From NCBI GenBank assembly GCA_028023455.1, contig JAQFVV010000001.1, positions 17,112,001-17,176,000 of the forward strand: a stretch of DNA of 64,000 nt, given 5' to 3'. Of this stretch, positions 25,701 through 39,189 are shown one piece after another. The notes under the pieces are model-generated. The model did not search any database and was not told the origin of the DNA. It saw nothing but the letters and a program-made list of their open reading frames with translations. This DNA comes from Epiperipatus broadwayi (taxonomy: Eukaryota > Animalia > Onychophora). The stretch's first letter is position 1. Every line of letters begins with the position of its first letter. Position numbers and translations under genes: made by a program.

Positions 25701-26329
25701 GTGAAGATCTCATTGTAAAAACATCAGTGATAAATGAAATTGATGAATGTCTGGAATTAGTTCAAAATATTGACATTTATCATAAAATTAAATTTGAAAT
25801 CTGTTTTAGGGATGTTTATAAATTAATTGACAGCTATCATAATGGAATACTTCCATATCATGCTATTTTTTACAGATGATAAACATCACAACTATGATAA
25901 AGTTTGTGAAACTTTAAATGAAGTGATCATGCTTAATTATCTTAGATGTCAATTAAGCTCTTCGAAAGTCTTCTATAATGGAGATGATCAAAATCAAAAG
26001 ATTAATAAAAATTTATCTAAAAATAGAATACCAACCAGTAAAATTCCAAAAGGTACTATGTTTCATAAACTATGTAATACCTATGAAAGCCCATTTACAT
26101 TTATTAAGTGTACAAATATAAATACTTAATAAGCTTATAATAAAAATGGATCTAAAGGATTATGACCCAGGATATGGAAGCCCAATTATAAAAAAATGGA
26201 ATAATCCAATTTTTTTTTAGTAAATAATTTTAATATTAATTAAAAATCTATAAAATGTGAATCTGAATTCATGTAAGGTGTCATTATGATTATGATCAAT
26301 CAGATCAAAGGATGAAAATGTTAAAGAGG

Positions 26330-27200
26330 AGAATACACAACAAAGAAATGGTCTTAAAAATATATTTGAGAAATGAACTCTTAGAAATAAATCATAGCTT
26401 TATTTATACAACTGATAAGGAAGTACACCATTATCATAAAAATGGAGATTGATGACTTTAAGAAGTTGTTCCATGCAAAAGTGAGGGACAACTAACACAT
26501 TGAATGGATGCCAGGAAAAATCCAGTCAGTGTCAAAATTAAAGACCAGGATTGGCACCATTAAACAGATCAATACATAAATCATGCATAGTTAGCTAAAA
26601 CTAAACTTGGATGTAGATAATCAAATCTTTCACCATACAAACTTTTGGTATGCCATTATTTAAACAATAAATATGACCTTAAGGAGCTTAGACATAAAAA
26701 CACCAAATATATCAGTAAAGATGACACATTGCATGAAAGGTGCTCCTGAGAGTGAAACAAAAGCAAGTAATCCAAATATGAGTCTTACATGATAGGCTAA
26801 TAATTACATGACGATTGTGAGCCAATTATGTCTTGCAAAAAGGAAACAAAATTTTTTTTCAAGGGGATGGCATTAAAAACAAAGTAAACATACCCCAACC
26901 TTATTATATCAACCTATGCCTATGCTCACAGAACACCTATCGACCGAGAAAAGGATGGGTTAGAGGCATAAAATGCTATTAATGAGTGAAAGATGCAACA
27001 AATTCAAAAATAAAATAGGTGATAAGTTTTTATTAAGGCACCCCATGTAAGCAATGCCAAAGAATTTCCACAAATTCTGTGATTTATATGAGGGACCATT
27101 TCTCATCATCAAATGTGCTGATCCAAATCCATATTGGGTAGATAAGGGCAATGATATCAAAGGAACATACAACACCTGAATCATGAAGCCATACCATGGG
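26330..27200 (+). pseudogene. Integrase fragments including the GPY/F C-terminal module
   Basis: FHKFCDLYEGPFLIIK...KGTYNT*IMKPY at ~27065-27195, shortly upstream of the PPT. Confidence 0.75.
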
Positions 27201-27865
27201 GACAATTAGCAAACTCATCACCAACTTAATAAAAAGTACAAGGCTATTAAGTACAAATACAAACTCAAATAATAGCCAATAATATTTATATTTGATCGAG
27301 GTTTTATATAAACCAGTAATATGATTAAAACCAGTGTTGAGAAATATGGATAGTGTAATAAATCATGAATGACTCAAGAAAAGTAAAAATCATGGACATA
27401 TCTTAGCCTAACTCTGAAAAAGTCAAAAGTTAAAGAATTAAAGATATACCCCATCTTTAATACCTTTACTGAGGGGATGTGTTATGGATATTCCAACACC
27501 CCTTCAATACCTAGTACAGACCATGAGGCCCAATCCTAATTTAAGACCCATGATGTTAATGCTCTTCATTAATCACCAGATTAGTCAATGTTAGGAAACA
27601 TGGATTAACAAGCCAATAACTACAATCTACATTTAAAATCCTAACCTAAATAAACAATAAACAAAGATTTAAACTAAATCTATCAAACAGACATGACAAC
27701 TAATCACTTACAACCACTACTATTGAATGTGTTATGATTACAAACACAGTACAACAATATCTACTAGATCAGATGAGTGAATGTGATCAAGAAATTAAAA
27801 AAAAAAACTAATAATATTTAAGTAGAGAAAATTTTTAAAAAAAATTATTTTCTTATTGTTATTAA

Positions 27866-27930
27866 ACCACTAAACATCACATGATCTCTATTTCTTGAGT
27901 AAAACTACTGTATGAAGAGTTTTGCTTGTT
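27866..27930. mobile_element. 65-bp insertion in the 3' LTR
   Basis: Absent from the 5' LTR; flanked by 12-bp duplication TATTGTTATTAA (27854-65 and 27931-42). Confidence 0.8.
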
Positions 27931-30598
27931 TATTGTTATTAACAAATTATTTACATTAATATTTAATAAAAATGATGCAACAATGAAGTAAAAGGGCAAT
28001 TACAAACATGTTTGAGTTGAACAGTGAGCTTTTTTAAAGGATAATAGAAAAAAATCTATTATTTATGGAAGAACCTACAATTTCCTATGTGAAATAATTT
28101 AAGTTAAAGTTCGAAAACAAGTGTTGATCAAATTTGAGTGGCAATATTATCAAAGTCATATATAAATATTCTGAAAGTGAGAGTAAATGTAAACAACTCA
28201 ATATAACTAAATAAAGAATTCAAAATTAAAGTCTTTGTAAATAAAGTAGAAGTGTTCAAATTTCTAAAATTATCCTTAATTCCCTGCTATGGATCATAAA
28301 ACCTAGATCTGAAAGTATGCAATAAAATAAGAGACATTGACAATACTCCACTTGAAACAAACTACTAAAGCAAATATAATTAATAGTGAAAACAAACATG
28401 CATTGCTAAGCACATGAAATATATTGGGGAAAGAAGGTTGTCATCCACAGAGCTATGACTTGACAAGATCAGGATGGAATTGGCTCATCATTTTACACTA
28501 GTACTTATAAAAATCACGCTGATTCATAATGAATTCATCTTATAACTCTCCATTTCAAAACCTCAATTCTAAGGCTATTAAAGACAACCGATGTGATGGG
28601 TGTTCTAGAGCACTTATGAGTTCCTATTTATACATAAATGAACCACCATGGATTACTGGGACAAGCCATTAGGACATTTTCTATATAAACTTTAAAGTCA
28701 AGTTAATGTCATCTACATTCTTTATTTATATATATTATAATTTTGTTTTCTTTACTTTAATATAGGGGAAAATGTTTTAATGTTAATGTTGATGAGTAAT
28801 ATAAAAAAGAAATATTTTCATTTATAATGTAAGCTTAACAAAATAAAATTTATGATATATGCTTGATTACACAATAACCTGATCAATGTCAGAAAGAAAA
28901 GGTAAGACGTTACCTAATACATATATAATTTATAATTTAAACCTAATATATATTTTCATTATTTGTTTATTTCAATACTTGTGTTAACTGTTTCTTTTTT
29001 CATATTTTCTTTTCATATCTCGTTAATTATTTTTATGTCATGAATGGTCTTCCTCATTTATAGTACAAACGTCATACATAACAGGAGAATCCTAAACCAT
29101 CAAGATGTCAAATAAGCATATAAAAGATTAGATTAATCAAATAAATGTATGGCAATTTTATATATAATATGAAAATTATTCAGATTGATCGGGATGTCGA
29201 ATGGCTATTCTTTGAAGAATCAGGCTTTGGGATAATGTTAGAACTAAATATGAAAAAAGAATAACAACAAACACCTAAGTGAATATTTCACAATGGTTTT
29301 AAATTTTTCTCTGTTTAAATACTAATCACTCTAAATCTGATTATTAAACTTATTCAAATGTTAAAATATGATTCTTGGTTTATTTTTCTGTAATCAAATT
29401 TTAATTAGTCATATTCTTCCATATATTTATGATCATTACATGTGTTTATACACAATATCATATCCACTCCCATTAGCAAACATATGTTTATTTTACGCGT
29501 AATCATATTATTGGGGATACAAATATAACTTGAATCAGATGACCATGCAAATTCTCCCTGGGTTTAAAATCTGGAAGAGCAGAAGTGAAGTGCAATATGA
29601 ATGAGGTAAATTAAGTATAGAATTAATATGCAGTTAGTTTTTAATTTCTCCTGTCCTAGATATGAATTCAATATGTGCAGGGTATGCATAAGTATGAGCA
29701 ACAAAGACGTACTTATTTATCCATCATGATGAACCCACTAACCAATATGCATACCAAGAAAGGTCTCTTCCATTACAATATATACTAAACACATCATACA
29801 AAACAAAGATAATCCTAATTTTATTTACAACCTTTTCTGAATTACTAAATTTCCATTGTTAGATTAAATGTATAACAATTGGAAAAACCATTAGAATATA
29901 ATTTGATATTCTTAAATTTTATGCATTATAATAAAATGTCTCTAAGTACAATCTATTCAATCAACATTTTCTTTAAAATATTATGAGTATGATATCAATA
30001 TTAAGATATTGAAAGCTGTTTAGCATACTATAATAAAACTTTTATTCTTAAGTTTTTTTTACTCAAAGTTTCTAGCATTTATATCAAATAAAACATTAAA
30101 TAGTAATATTTGTCAATCACATTCTTCAGTAACTTTAGTAAATTAATACTATTACCTAAATATACAGCTTTTAAAGTTTTTCTTATAATAAAACAGTTAT
30201 TTACTACACTATGATATTCAGTTTTAGGAGATTCTACCAATAATGACCACATTAAAGTATTTATTTATTCCAATTATTGTACTGGAGTATTTTCTCATGA
30301 CAAGTTCTAACTAAGGTATGATTTTTGATTTTATGTTCTTTTGAAAATTAAATCAGAACAAATTTTTTATTATAGGTTACTTTAAATTAAATTGGAAATG
30401 GTTAAAGAAAAAAGAAACTTTTATAATATATAACACAACAATTTTCATTATTATTAGAAGGTGGCTAGTAAACATCAATTTCTGACAAACATAAATTCTA
30501 CCTGTATTTTTATATTGGACTATTTCCATCATCTAATATGTGTGTTGAATGTCTTTAGAAAAGTTTAATTTTTAGTTAAATATTCCAAATGCATTCAA

Positions 30599-30748
30599 CT
30601 GTTAGTAATATCACAGCAAACAGGTTAGTATATGCACCAACTGTTAGTAATATCACAGCAAACAAATGTTAATAATATCACAGCAAACAGGTTAGTATAT
30701 GCACTAACTGTTAGTAATATCACAGCAAACAGGTTAGTATATGCACAA
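30599..30748. repeat. 42-bp minisatellite (~3.6 units), mirrored at ~30945-31095
   Basis: Unit CTGTTAGTAATATCACAGCAAACAGGTTAGTATATGCACCAA; the same partial-unit pattern occurs in both arms. Confidence 0.93.
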
Positions 30749-30813
30749 CATTTCAAGAGGTATTTTTTTCCCCTCTTCTTCAGGTGTTGCTGGCCTGACC
30801 AGTGACAGTACTA

Positions 30814-30879
30814 TTGGTTAGAGCGTTACCTTAAATTTCAATAATCAAGAATCTAAGGACCCAGGTTCGAATCCCATGC
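30814..30879 (+). promoter_or_regulatory. tRNA-like internal Pol III promoter remnant forming the palindrome spacer
   Basis: TTGGTTAGAGCG (D-arm/A-box 3' half) at 30814-30825 and a perfect B box GGTTCGAATCC at 30864-30874; no complete cloverleaf. Confidence 0.7.
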
Positions 30880-30906
30880 TAGTACTGTCACTGGTCAGGC
30901 CAGCAA

Positions 30907-30949
30907 CACCTGAAGAAGAGGGGAGAAAAATACCTCTTGAAACGTTGTG
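30907..30949 (+). ncRNA. Minimal type-I hammerhead motif (mirror copy on the minus strand at 30744-30786)
   Basis: CAC-CTGAAGA-A-GAGGGG/AGAAAAATA/CCTCTT-GAAAC-GTT-GTG; palindromic AACGTT helix III; stem I only 3 bp. Confidence 0.72.
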
Positions 30950-33676
30950 CGTATACTAACCTGTTTGCTGTGATATTACTAACAGTTAGTGCATATACTA
31001 ACCTGTTTGCTGTGATATTATTAACATTTGTTTGCTGTGATATTACTAACAGTTGGTGCATATACTAACCTGTTTGCTGTGATATTACTAACAGTTGAAT
31101 GCATTTGGAATATTTAACTAAAAATTAAACTTTTCTAAAGACATTCAACACACATATTAGATGATGGAAATAGTCCAATATAAAAACACAGCTAGAACAC
31201 CATCATCACAAACCTTCAGAAAAACAATAAATTCTACCTATTTATATATTTTTAATTATAGTATAGTAGTTTATGGTTTATTTTTTTTTCATACAATTTA
31301 AAAAGACATTACTGCATTACTATAAATGAGATCAATTATAGTCAACAGTTTCTCATATTGAAGTTGACAAATATAAATAATAATAATAATATATTGAAAA
31401 ATGCACACCGAAACAAAGATAAAGTAAACAAAAATAAAAATCTAATAATAATAAGAAACATTATACAGATCTTTACAAATGAGATTAGAGAAAAGTAAAT
31501 AAATTTCATTAGATAATGGTATCCAATTCTCTATTATTTTATAATGAAACTAAAATTATCCAATAATTTTTTATCAGTAGATACTAGATGACTGTTGATT
31601 AATGTTTATGACTGATATCTAGCTACTAGCAATTTTTGTAAAAGGTCAAACATTCCATTAATTTATACTAAATCTATATCTTTATACAATTAAGGTAATT
31701 TGGAAGAAGGACAAGATAATAATTTATATCTTCTATCAAAAAAAAAAAAAAAAAGAAATCTCTATGAAATGAATCATAAAATTTTAATTATGTTTTCACC
31801 TTGCATTAATGGAAATGTAGGTTTTAAAGTGAAATAGTTCAGAGCAGCAATGTAGACCATTGAAAAACTAAACTTTTTTTGGATTAATTCTTGGTTGAGT
31901 AATGAAAAATGTCAGTTTATTAATAAATAGAACTATTGGGGTGCTCAAATATTGCGTGACTTCTAGTGGAGATTATCATATGATTATTTGTATAATTTGT
32001 AAGCATATTTACATTAGTTTTGTTATAACTATCTTTTTATTTAAAAACATGTGATATTACTTAACATTTAGCTGATAAATAAATAATTATTTGGATCTAG
32101 TAATTAGTTAACATTTTGAAATTTAATACTTATTTCATATATTTAGTATATTACATTTATGACTTATGTTGTCAAAAATAAATTCCTTCATTAATTAATA
32201 AGATATCATACTTGAAAGATTTGGACAGAAAGATTCAATAAAAAATATCAAAATGTAATATTTTAAAATAAGTTCGATTAAATAAAAATATAAAATATGA
32301 ATTTTTTTTTAAAAAAAAAAAGATTTTTTTTTGTCTAAATTCACTAAAATGAAATTAAATCAATAAAAAAAGTATAGAATTTACAATTGAAAGTTTTATT
32401 GATAAATTAAAGGCCAGTTTGAGTCGGTTTTATTAAGAATTTAAATTTCCTCTGTAATTTTTTATATATATTATTAAAAAATTAAATTTTATGATAAAAA
32501 TGCTCAGGAAGTCAAAAAGTACTTGGAAGCCATAATATCATCCAGAAAACATACAAATAAGTAGATTACACTTTTTGCTTTTCTTAATCAGAAATTAATC
32601 TAGAAAGCATTCATTACCTTTACAGCTATCTATTGTTATTACTATACTATCAACAGGATTTTTTTATTTATTTATAATAACATTGTCATCAAAAATTTTT
32701 TTGTTCCAATTTTAAATAACAGATATCTTTTTATTTACTTTTTAAGAGATACTTTCAGTATATATTTTTTAAAAAGTATTTTTAGTAGACACATTTAACT
32801 TTTAAATTTCTGTAATTTTACTACTTACTAAAAATGTAAATGAAAATAATAATAATAATCCTGTGATAACTAATTTTAAAACAACAAAAATGGATTTGTG
32901 CACTCATTTGTTTCTGACAAGTGTTTGAGTGAGTATTGTATTACTAATCTGACATATAACAAGGCTTTTTGCATACAAGATCAACTTACCGTTTAATTAA
33001 CAGCTTAAGCTGTAGTCCTTTGCTCTGAGTTACAAGTGGATTATTAAATGGATTAATCAGTTGTAATAGATTTTCCTTTTAGTCATCGTAGCATCTTTAA
33101 AAGTGACATTTTATGCACTATTTTTTTTCTGTTCAGAATAAATAATCAAATTATTTAAAAATTATAAATGCTTCATATTCTATAGTTAATAAAGTAAAGC
33201 CAAACAGTTTTTTTTTTAAAAAAAAAAAATTTAAAATGTTAGAAAATATCCAAAACATTTGAAATAAGTTTTTTTTAAATAAATATAAAATATATTTTAC
33301 TAGAGTTATTTTTTAAATTTATTTAACGTAATTTCCTCCGTATTTAATTAATTTTATCAGGATAGAATTTTCAACAAAAAATGGACCAATATTTTTAAAG
33401 TTTTATAATTTTAAGTTGTTTTTTTTCTCTTATTTTATATCTAGAAAAAAGTGTGAAAACATGCATCATTTTTAATCCAAGAAGTATTTATTTACAGTAC
33501 TTAGCTTCGAAGAGTTAATCCCAATTTATTAACTGATTCACAATTAATATATTTGCCTATATCTAAAGACGAAAATCTCACTATATTATATAATACGATA
33601 TGGATTTTGCTCAAAGCTAGAATAGCTTATAAATGTTAATCATATAATACTATATAATAAGCAATACTTATTAACA

Positions 33677-33773
33677 TCAAGAATCTTTAATCTGCCGACA
33701 AAGCAACCTTTTTTAAAATGTCTCTTATAAATTAAAAAAAAAAGTGCTTGGATAGCAGATTGAAGATTCTTGA
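33677..33773. repeat. Short imperfect inverted repeat (MITE-like)
   Basis: TCAAGAATCTTTAATCTGCCGACAAAGCA versus TGCTTGGATAGCAGATTGAAGATTCTTGA. Confidence 0.6.
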
Positions 33774-33804
33774 ATTTTATTGACTTTTACTAAATAAGTG
33801 ATTA

Positions 33805-34137
33805 ATATATTGTACAGGCTTAAACCTGCATTTATATATGTATATATGTGGGGTTCGAACTCAGACTTTCACACGACCCACCACTCTCAGTGCCATCTCA
33901 TATTGCTGACCCACCTGATCACACATGTTGAAAAGATAAATAATCACCAATATATGTATTTCATGCTAAAACAGCAATCATCAGTTGGTCTAGATTGCTA
34001 TCCTCATTGCTGGTTTAGCATGAAATACGTATATTGGTGATTATTTATCTTTTCAACATGTGTGTGATCAGGTGGATCAGCAATATGAGATGGTACTGAG
34101 AGTGGTGGATCGTGTGAAAGTCTGAGTTCGAACCCCG
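33805..34137 (-). mobile_element. Fold-back element with hammerhead and tRNA-like promoter (same family as 20.1-21.5 kb)
   Basis: Arms 33850-33978 and 34006-34136; 14-bp direct repeat TAAATAAGTGATTA at 33791-33804 and 34138-34151; B-box-like GAGTTCGAACCC. Confidence 0.88.
33946..33989 (-). ncRNA. Type-I hammerhead motif with intact core
   Basis: ACCAA-CTGATGA-TTGCTG/TTT/TAGCAT-GAAA-TACATAT-A-TTGGT; 5-bp stem I; the opposite arm keeps the palindromic helix III ATACGTAT. Confidence 0.75.
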
Positions 34138-37100
34138 TAAATAAGTGATTATAATTTATATAAAAAGCAAGAAACAAAATGATTCTATATAACATGTAAT
34201 AAGTTATAAAGTTAATGTAATAATTAGGATTATAAATTACTTTAGAGTCAATGTTCATGTAAATGCATCAGAAAAAAATAAAAATGATTTAATAATAATC
34301 ATAAATAAATTTATAATGAAATAATATAAATATTAAAATATTTTAATATAGAAAATTTTTTAATAAGTCAAAATAATTATGATACATATATAATATGTAT
34401 TTTTAATGGTAATATTAACTTAATATTAAATCTTTTAAATATAAAAATGCGACTAAAAATTTGAAAAAAAAAAAAAACCCCACACATACACACAAACAAA
34501 ACGAAACGTAAAATAAACAGTTAAAAAATATAAAATGCTAAATGGTGTTATTATTGCAGTTGACAATATCTTATGATAATTTTATTAAGGTATGCCATTT
34601 GTTTACCATTTGATGTACATGGTAACAATAACTTCTTTAATTTTATTTATTTAATTTTTTTTTATTTTAAAAAATAATCATTTGAATTTTTGTGTAAGAT
34701 TTCCTATCTTATTTGAATGGAAATAAAATTTATAAGCCAGTTTGACTACATAGATAAATTCTCACGAAGGTTTATACCTACACATACATGCTATATGTCT
34801 ATTCTAATTTTAATGTGATTGTTTTTTTCCCCATATAAATTGCTGTATACCCTCTTTTCTATGAATTTTCTAATTTGCTTTATATTTAATGGCCTATGAT
34901 AATTATTGGAAAGCTTGGTATTTTTATATAATATCTCATCTGGTATTTATAATATTTTTGGCTACTGCTATGGCTATCTTTTCTTTTTTTATATTCTAAG
35001 GCCAAATTTATATAATAAAGTTCAATATTAGGATCTTAATTTTGATATTGTTCTTTATAAATTATAATTCTACATCAAAATATAAATATAATATATTTAT
35101 TTATATGCATACTTATTATATGCATATTCCTCCTCGAAAAATCAATGTAGGAAAAAATAAACAGAGGACTTATGTTTCTATTGTTTTCTAATATGTCTTA
35201 GTAATGATAAATCTAATGCTGAGTCAAAAAAAAAAAAGAAACAGTTGTATTACATATGTTGATAGTTTGGCAATATATATTGATAGCTATGATAAAATTA
35301 ACAGAAAAATAAGTGAAATAAATAAAATTTATGATAAGTTTGACATGAAAATAAATACATACTAAAGAAATTATAATAGAAAATAGAATAAAAATTTGTG
35401 AGAGAAAATTTTAGAATACTTTCAAGTTAATTAATTAATGAGAAAATTAGAATATTTAAATCAAAATTGTAATGTCAAAACAGGCTTTTAATAAGACAGG
35501 CAACTTTTTTTGTGCTTTTTTGAATTTAAAATATAAAATAAATTATCTCAAGAATTTTGATAAGGATGTTGCTTTATACAGAGCAAACTTTTTCTTTTTT
35601 TTAAAAAAAAGATTGAAAACTCTAGAAATCTGAATTTATAAGAAAATTTAAAAATTAAATTAGAATAATATGGTTGAAACTGTATAGATTTTGAAAAATT
35701 AGTAGCAAAAAAAATGATTGCAGAAATTAGAAACAAAGCTGAATTGGACATATAATAAGAATAAGCTAAAGAGTACAAAGATGGATAAAATAGATGTCAA
35801 TGAAAATGAAGACATTGAGAAGATAATCGTGAAAAAATGTCCATTCTAAGATTTTAAAGAGTAGAGCAAACTTTAAAGTATTTCAAAAAAGTCTTGTTGA
35901 TTACATAATCTAATGTTTGTGAAAATCTAGTGATGATGATAACTTTTCTGCTATAAATATAAATTATCTTACTATATTAATATATATATCTGCACAAATA
36001 AAAAAAAAGTGTTTATTTAAAACCATGTTTCAAAGTATCATACGTTTACAGCAGAGCATAACAACAAAACATTCCTCTGTAGTTTAGTCATTGGCTAAGA
36101 AAAGGTTTTTATAATGCAAAGATTATTCTATATTTTATAAAAAACAAACCCAATTTTAGTCTATGTATAAACACTTAAAATAAAGATTGTACAAAAAAAA
36201 AACAATTCTTAAGTGCCTAAACATATTAATTATGTCAGAATTAATTTTATGAATAGAAAATTCTTGTTTATGTATTACGCATATACTGTACAGAACTTTT
36301 GCATACATATGTGAATATTTTTGATAAAATGAGATATTTGTTTTTCCTCTTCTGCTTTATTATCTTGATGAGTGCACTTTCCAAACACTATAATCATATA
36401 TGTATAAGACATGCAAAAGAATACTTTTTGAATTAAAAGGTAATTTTTAAAAAATAGAGTTTAAATCTGATACCAGAAAATCCTTGGAAATTTTTCATAC
36501 TATAGAAATGCTTAGACTTATTATTTAAGTAGCTAGTTCATAGAAATCTGGATAGCAGCCAATGTTGATCAATAAGTGAATATCTACATATATATTCAGG
36601 TAGGGGTAAAGGTTCCAAGTTAAACTGGGTTAGACAAGGGAATGATAATTTTCTGGCCAGAACTGATCTGAAACATTGCAAATGGTGCAACCGCACTAAG
36701 TCTCCATGCATGCATGGTCTATGCTTTCTGTAAAAATTAAAACAAATGTTTTATTACTTGCTAAATGTAATTATATTTCCTTTTTTTTGCCAAAAATTCT
36801 GTAATTTGAAAATCATATTGAGTCAAAGTAATACAATTGTGAAAACACTGGTTGTGCAATGATATAGTTTTCTCAGATAATACATTGTGTATGCTTAAAT
36901 ATTTTATAATTTTCTGGTCATGTTAATTTGAAACAACATAGATCAAAAAGATTCTTTTCATTAGCAATTTTATCTATTGAATCAGAATTCACACACACAA
37001 AAAAATAAATTATGGCAGTATTATTAATGGATTCACAATAAAACATTCAAGGAAATAAAATATAATTTTTTGTATTATATGTATTTTATTTGTGTTCTCA

Positions 37101-39189
37101 AATATTTTATTCAATAAAATTGCACAAAGCCATATTTATAATTTATAAATATCATAAATAAATAGCTATTTATGCATTATAAGTATTAATTTGTGCAATT
37201 TTATTTTGAGTAAACAAAATAAAATATACATAATGCAAAAATTATATTTTATTTTCTTAAATGCTTTTTTTTTGTCTTAATAAATTCTCATTCAAAATAA
37301 TTTTTTTTTTTATCAATGAGCATTGTTCTTGACTTCATTTATAATAATTGTAAAGCAATATATCTATATCTGCAAATAAAATAATTTTTTTAAAAATTAC
37401 GGAGTACTGTATTTTTATCACGAGTAAAAGCCCACTCCCCATTCTCCCATGAAAACATTGTTCTGGGCTTTGCTTTTCCTCATGCAGGCTCTGTCTATAA
37501 GATAAAAAAACACACAAATAATTGTAATAGAAGGCACTCTGATATATTAATGAGTAACGGATAATTCTTTTGAATAAGATAAGTTGTCAGATTAATGAAA
37601 ACATATAAAATACCAAGATAAGGTTAAAAAAATAGATAAGCTATTTGAAAACTCCTTATAAGAGGATTTGACCTCAAATATTTGCCATGAAAAATATGTC
37701 AGCAAAAATTTCAGTTGCCATGAACTCCAAATGCAAAGTGAAACTATGTTTGTATGCAGAAGCAATGAAAGCCTGAACATTATTGCCACCTAATGATGAA
37801 AGAACGCATACTGATTTTTTCCAGTAAAAATATAGGGTAAAAATATAAATCAGAACGCAAGATTTTACAGATGACAATGAATGACCTTATTAAATTAGAC
37901 ATACTAACAGATATATCACAAAAGCCTATCAATTTGATGGAAGAGATCTGAATGCAGAAAAGCATAAGAAGAATTTCAGAGACCTTCAATGGAATAATAC
38001 CAAAAGATCTTTATTTTTTATTTAAATGTTTTTTTTAACTGATTGCTCAACTATTCTAGTGAGTATGAATATAAATTGCATTCTCTATAGATTTCCCAAA
38101 AAATTACTATATGAAGCAATTACAATAAACAACATGTGAGACTCCATATTATAGATTACTGATCACCTAATTCCAGATATAGTGTATCAAATTTTTTGAT
38201 GAAAAACAAAGAAATAGATTTGAAAACACAATTTACATGCTGGAAAAATATGCAATAATTAAAATAGATCAGAATAGAGAAAATTATATAACTGGAATTA
38301 TAAAAAAAACACCTATTTAAATTATGATATTAAGAAATTAATGGAGTTTTTTGAATTGGTGATAACATTCCAATCCATTTATCTAAAAGATAGACCTATA
38401 TAAATCTTAGTAATAATAATTATTTTTAACTGCATTTAAACAAAAATGTTAATTCAAATGACATCCCTATGCTAATTACTGACCAGGAAACAATGTTCCT
38501 CTTAATAATATGCAGAATCAAACTGTTTCAACTGGAATCAAAGATGTCACATAATAGATGCATGTCCAAAAATTAAGTGTCCACACTGTAAAATGAGATC
38601 CACATCAACACATCAGTGTAGAAAGTACAAATAATAATATGCAACATTCAGCAGGAGAAAAGTCAATCATTGATATAATTGATGTTAACATCAATAACTC
38701 AGACAATTCACATAATATAACAGATGATAATATTCAAAGACAAGACCAACTATCAGATCAAAACATTTCTCTATCACAAAAAGACACAAGTGAAATTAAT
38801 AAATAAATTCTTAAAAGAGCAGTCATGATAAAAAAACTACACAAGATATTATGGAGACAACAATACCTGATATCATACACAGACATGGATATAAATGCAA
38901 TGACTATCAAATGCAAACTATATCACTCATCATGCAAGAAAAGGAAAAGTGATTTGTAAACCCCAGGATTAAGTGAGGATATACTATTCTGGACCACATT
39001 AAAAAAGTTAAAAACTCAAATATAAACTTTCCAGATTCTGATACCTCAAATAAGGAACCAAATAACATAACAGAGGTAATGAGTCATATACAAATGTAAT
39101 TGCTTATGATAAATCTCTAGAATTGTTGTATTAGGGACTAACATCTTCAGATTGAACAGTTAAAACAAATATTTCTTGTATTATTTATA

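Larger units (their letters stand above)
22350..29777 (+). mobile_element. Internally deleted Ty3/gypsy LTR element with ~2.2-kb LTRs
   Basis: Direct repeats 22350-24517 and 27478-29777 starting TGTGTT and ending ..ACA; PBS-like TGGCACATCCAA at 24520; PPT GAGGGGA at 27471-27477; coiled-coil gag-like relic and integrase tail, no RT or RH seen. Confidence 0.88.
30496..31197. repeat. ~700-bp near-perfect palindrome (arms ~318 bp, 66-nt spacer)
   Basis: 30496-30813 is the reverse complement of 30880-31197 with a handful of mismatches; 13-bp direct repeat ATAAATTCTACCT at 30491-30503 and 31227-31239. Confidence 0.96.

Noticed and set aside
30814-30879. Intron-containing tRNA gene
   Set aside because: No acceptor stem or consistent anticodon stem could be folded; only promoter-like boxes remain.
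30599-31095. 42-bp repeats as a CRISPR-like array
   Set aside because: Units are contiguous with no unique spacers, and the context is eukaryotic.
35300-35870. A-rich coding-like relic
   Set aside because: Many stops and no recognisable motif.
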